Origin: Gaiellaceae bacterium
GTDB taxonomy: Bacteria > Actinomycetota > Thermoleophilia > Gaiellales > Gaiellaceae
DNA: 64,000 nt
Reading direction: 5' to 3'
Assembly: GCA_036555585.1 (NCBI GenBank)
Contig: DATBLE010000012.1
Span: 3,133-67,132 of the forward strand
The notes under the pieces were generated by a model. It saw nothing but the letters and a program-made list of their open reading frames with translations. It had not been told where the DNA came from and did no database searches. This document shows positions 62,012 to 64,000 of this stretch, one piece after another (positions within the stretch are counted from its first letter, which is position 1; every line of letters begins with the position of its first letter). Made by a program: the position numbers and the translations under genes.

Positions 62012-64000
62012 ATGTCCCGCACGACCGACACGACTCGCAGGCCGCGCGGCCTGGCCGCCCGCATGGGCCGCTGGAGCGCGAACCACTGGAAGACCGCCAC
62101 CTTCGGCTGGCTCGCCCTCGTCGTCGTCGCCTTCGGCCTCGGCGGCATGGCCGGCCTGAAGAACCCCGATCCGAACACCGCCGGGCCCGGAGAGTCGGGC
62201 CGGATGGACCGGATCCTGCACGAGGGCTTCAAGCGGCCCGCGGGCGAGAACGTCCTGATCCAGAGCTCGACCGCCACCGCCGGCACGCCGGCGTTCGACG
62301 CGGCCGTGAAGGACGTCGTCGCCCGCGTCTCGCGTGAGGCCGACGTCCGGAACGTCCGCTCGCCGCTCGCTGCCGGCAACTCGGACCAGATCTCGAACGA
62401 CCGGCACTCGGTGCTCGTCGGGTTCGACGTCCGCGGCGAGATCGACAAGGCGCCCGACAAGGTCGGCCCGATCGTCGACGCGGTGGCCGCCGCCCAGGCG
62501 GCGCACCCGGGCTTCTTCATCGGCGAGATGGGCGACGCCAGCGCGCCGAAGGCCGTCATCGACCAGCAGAACAAGGACCTCGCCAAGGCGGGAGAGCTCT
62601 CCCTGCCGATCACGCTGATCATCCTGATCGTCACGTTCGGGGCGCTCGTCGCCGCGGGAATCCCGCTGCTGCTCGCGCTCACGGCCGTGTTCGGCACCTT
62701 CGGCCTGGTCTCGATCGCGAGCCACGTGCTCCCGATGGCGGCCGAGACGCAGCCGCTCGTGCTCCTGATCGGGCTCGCGGTCGGCGTCGACTACTCGATG
62801 TTCTATCTCCGGCGCGAGCGCGAGGAACGCGCGAAGGGCCGGAGCAAGCGGGCCGCGCTCGAGGTGGCCGCCGCCACGTCGGGGCGCTCGGTGTTGATCT
62901 CCGGCCTGACCGTGATGGCCGCGATGGCCGGCATGTTCGTCACCGGCGACGAGCAGTTTGCGTCGTTCGGCGTCGCGACGATGATGGTCGTCGCGGTCGC
63001 GATGCTCGGCTCGCTGACCGTGCTGCCGGCGCTGCTCTCGCGGCTCGGCGACAAGGTCGACAAGGGTCGCGTCCGGCGCCGCTCACGTAACGGCGACAGC
63101 CGGATGTGGGGCTGGATCGCCGACCGCGTCCTGCGGCGGCCCGCGCTGTTCGCGGCGATCGCGGGCGGGCTCCTGCTCCTGCTCGCGCTCCCCGCGCTCC
63201 AGATGCGGATGGCGGAAGCCTCGCCGGACACGTTCCCGGCGCACCTCGAGGTCGTCAAGACCTACAAGCGGATGCAGCAGGCCTTCCCCGGGACGGCGCT
63301 GCCCGCGAACGTGATCGTCAAGGCCCCGAACGTGAACGCCCCGGCGGTCCGCGAGGCGATCTCCCGGCTCGAGCAACGGGCGCTCGCGAGCGGACGCGCG
63401 CACGAGCCGATCACGATGGCCGTGAACAGGGCCGGCACGGTCGCGAACATCACGATCCCGATCGACGGCGCCGGCTCGGACAAGGCGTCGAACGCCTCCC
63501 TGAAGATGCTCCGGGACACGGTGATCCCGGAGACGGTCGGCAAGGTGCCGGGCACGGAGGCCGGCGTCACCGGGCTGACCGCCCAGTGGAAGGACTCGGG
63601 CGACCAGTTCCGGTCGGTGCTGCCGCTCGTGGTCGCATTCGTGCTCGTGTTCGCGTTCGCGCTGATGCTGGTCGCGTTCCGCTCGATCGTGGTCGCGCTC
63701 AAGGCGATCGTGCTCAACTGCCTGTCGGTCGCCGCGGCCTACGGCATCCTCGTGCTGGTCTTCCAGCACGGGATCGGCAAGGGCCTGCTCGGGTTCACCG
63801 ACACGACCGGCGTCTCCCCCGTGATCCCGCTGCTCCTGTTCGTGATCCTGTTCGGGCTCTCGATGGACTACCACGTGTTCATCGTCAGCCGGATCCGCGA
63901 GCGGTTCCAGCGCGGAGCGACGATGGACGAGGCGATCTCGGACGGGATCCGCTCGACCGGGAGCGTCGTGACCAGCGCCGCGATCGTGATGGTCTGCGTG
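62012..64000 (+). CDS. MMPL-family (RND superfamily) membrane transporter; C-terminus beyond the window edge
   Basis: Own translation from ATG 62012 (GAAAGGAG upstream), open to nt 64000. MSRTTDTTRRPRGLAARMGRWSANHWKTATFGW.., GVDYSMFYLRREREE.., GLSMDYHVFIVSRIRE.. are characteristic MMPL blocks. Confidence 0.9.
   Translation, partial: MSRTTDTTRRPRGLAARMGRWSANHWKTATFGWLALVVVAFGLGGMAGLKNPDPNTAGPGESGRMDRILHEGFKRPAGENVLIQSSTATAGTPAFDAAVKDVVARVSREADVRNVRSPLAAGNSDQISNDRHSVLVGFDVRGEIDKAPDKVGPIVDAVAAAQAAHPGFFIGEMGDASAPKAVIDQQNKDLAKAGELSLPITLIILIVTFGALVAAGIPLLLALTAVFGTFGLVSIASHVLPMAAETQPLVLLIGLAVGVDYSMFYLRREREERAKGRSKRAALEVAAATSGRSVLISGLTVMAAMAGMFVTGDEQFASFGVATMMVVAVAMLGSLTVLPALLSRLGDKVDKGRVRRRSRNGDSRMWGWIADRVLRRPALFAAIAGGLLLLLALPALQMRMAEASPDTFPAHLEVVKTYKRMQQAFPGTALPANVIVKAPNVNAPAVREAISRLEQRALASGRAHEPITMAVNRAGTVANITIPIDGAGSDKASNASLKMLRDTVIPETVGKVPGTEAGVTGLTAQWKDSGDQFRSVLPLVVAFVLVFAFALMLVAFRSIVVALKAIVLNCLSVAAAYGILVLVFQHGIGKGLLGFTDTTGVSPVIPLLLFVILFGLSMDYHVFIVSRIRERFQRGATMDEAISDGIRSTGSVVTSAAIVMVCV

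Overview
High-GC (about 70%+) actinobacterial-type chromosomal DNA, densely packed with about 60 protein genes, many joined by 4-nt ATGA/GTGA overlaps. I also identified RNase P RNA (rnpB) and one tRNA-Leu(GAG). I saw no rRNA, CRISPR array, transposase or integrase, so this reads as core chromosome rather than an obvious mobile or defence island.

Main modules:
- Three two-component systems, one of them an orphan DosS/DevS-like GAF-GAF heme kinase. That kinase sits next to a CBS-BON fusion protein, OsmC and a 2-oxoacid:ferredoxin oxidoreductase operon.
- lexA with an SOS box, and tldD/pmbA.
- The selenocysteine machinery selA-selB, interrupted by an RHH/ParE toxin-antitoxin cassette.
- About 14 kb downstream of selB, a membrane-bound formate dehydrogenase operon. 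Its alpha subunit carries an in-frame UGA (Sec) with a SECIS-like hairpin, so the ORF track splits it in two. An AceTr/SatP-type channel gene and a MarR gene with a 31-nt palindrome precede the operon.
- A MoaD-MoaE fusion, a vapBC pair, a LAL/LuxR regulator and an MMPL transporter.

I do not see a clear-cut new multi-gene system. The most unusual items are:
- the TA cassette inside the sel operon;
- the TAT-less Sec-FDH/AceTr/MarR-palindrome locus with a duplicated junction element;
- the Dos-like redox cluster behind a 575-nt low-GC leader with tandem DosR-box-like motifs;
- the leaderless lexA coupled to a zinc-ribbon miniprotein.

All calls rest on reading the sequence and recalled family motifs. 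No database searches were run, and start codons are approximate where noted.
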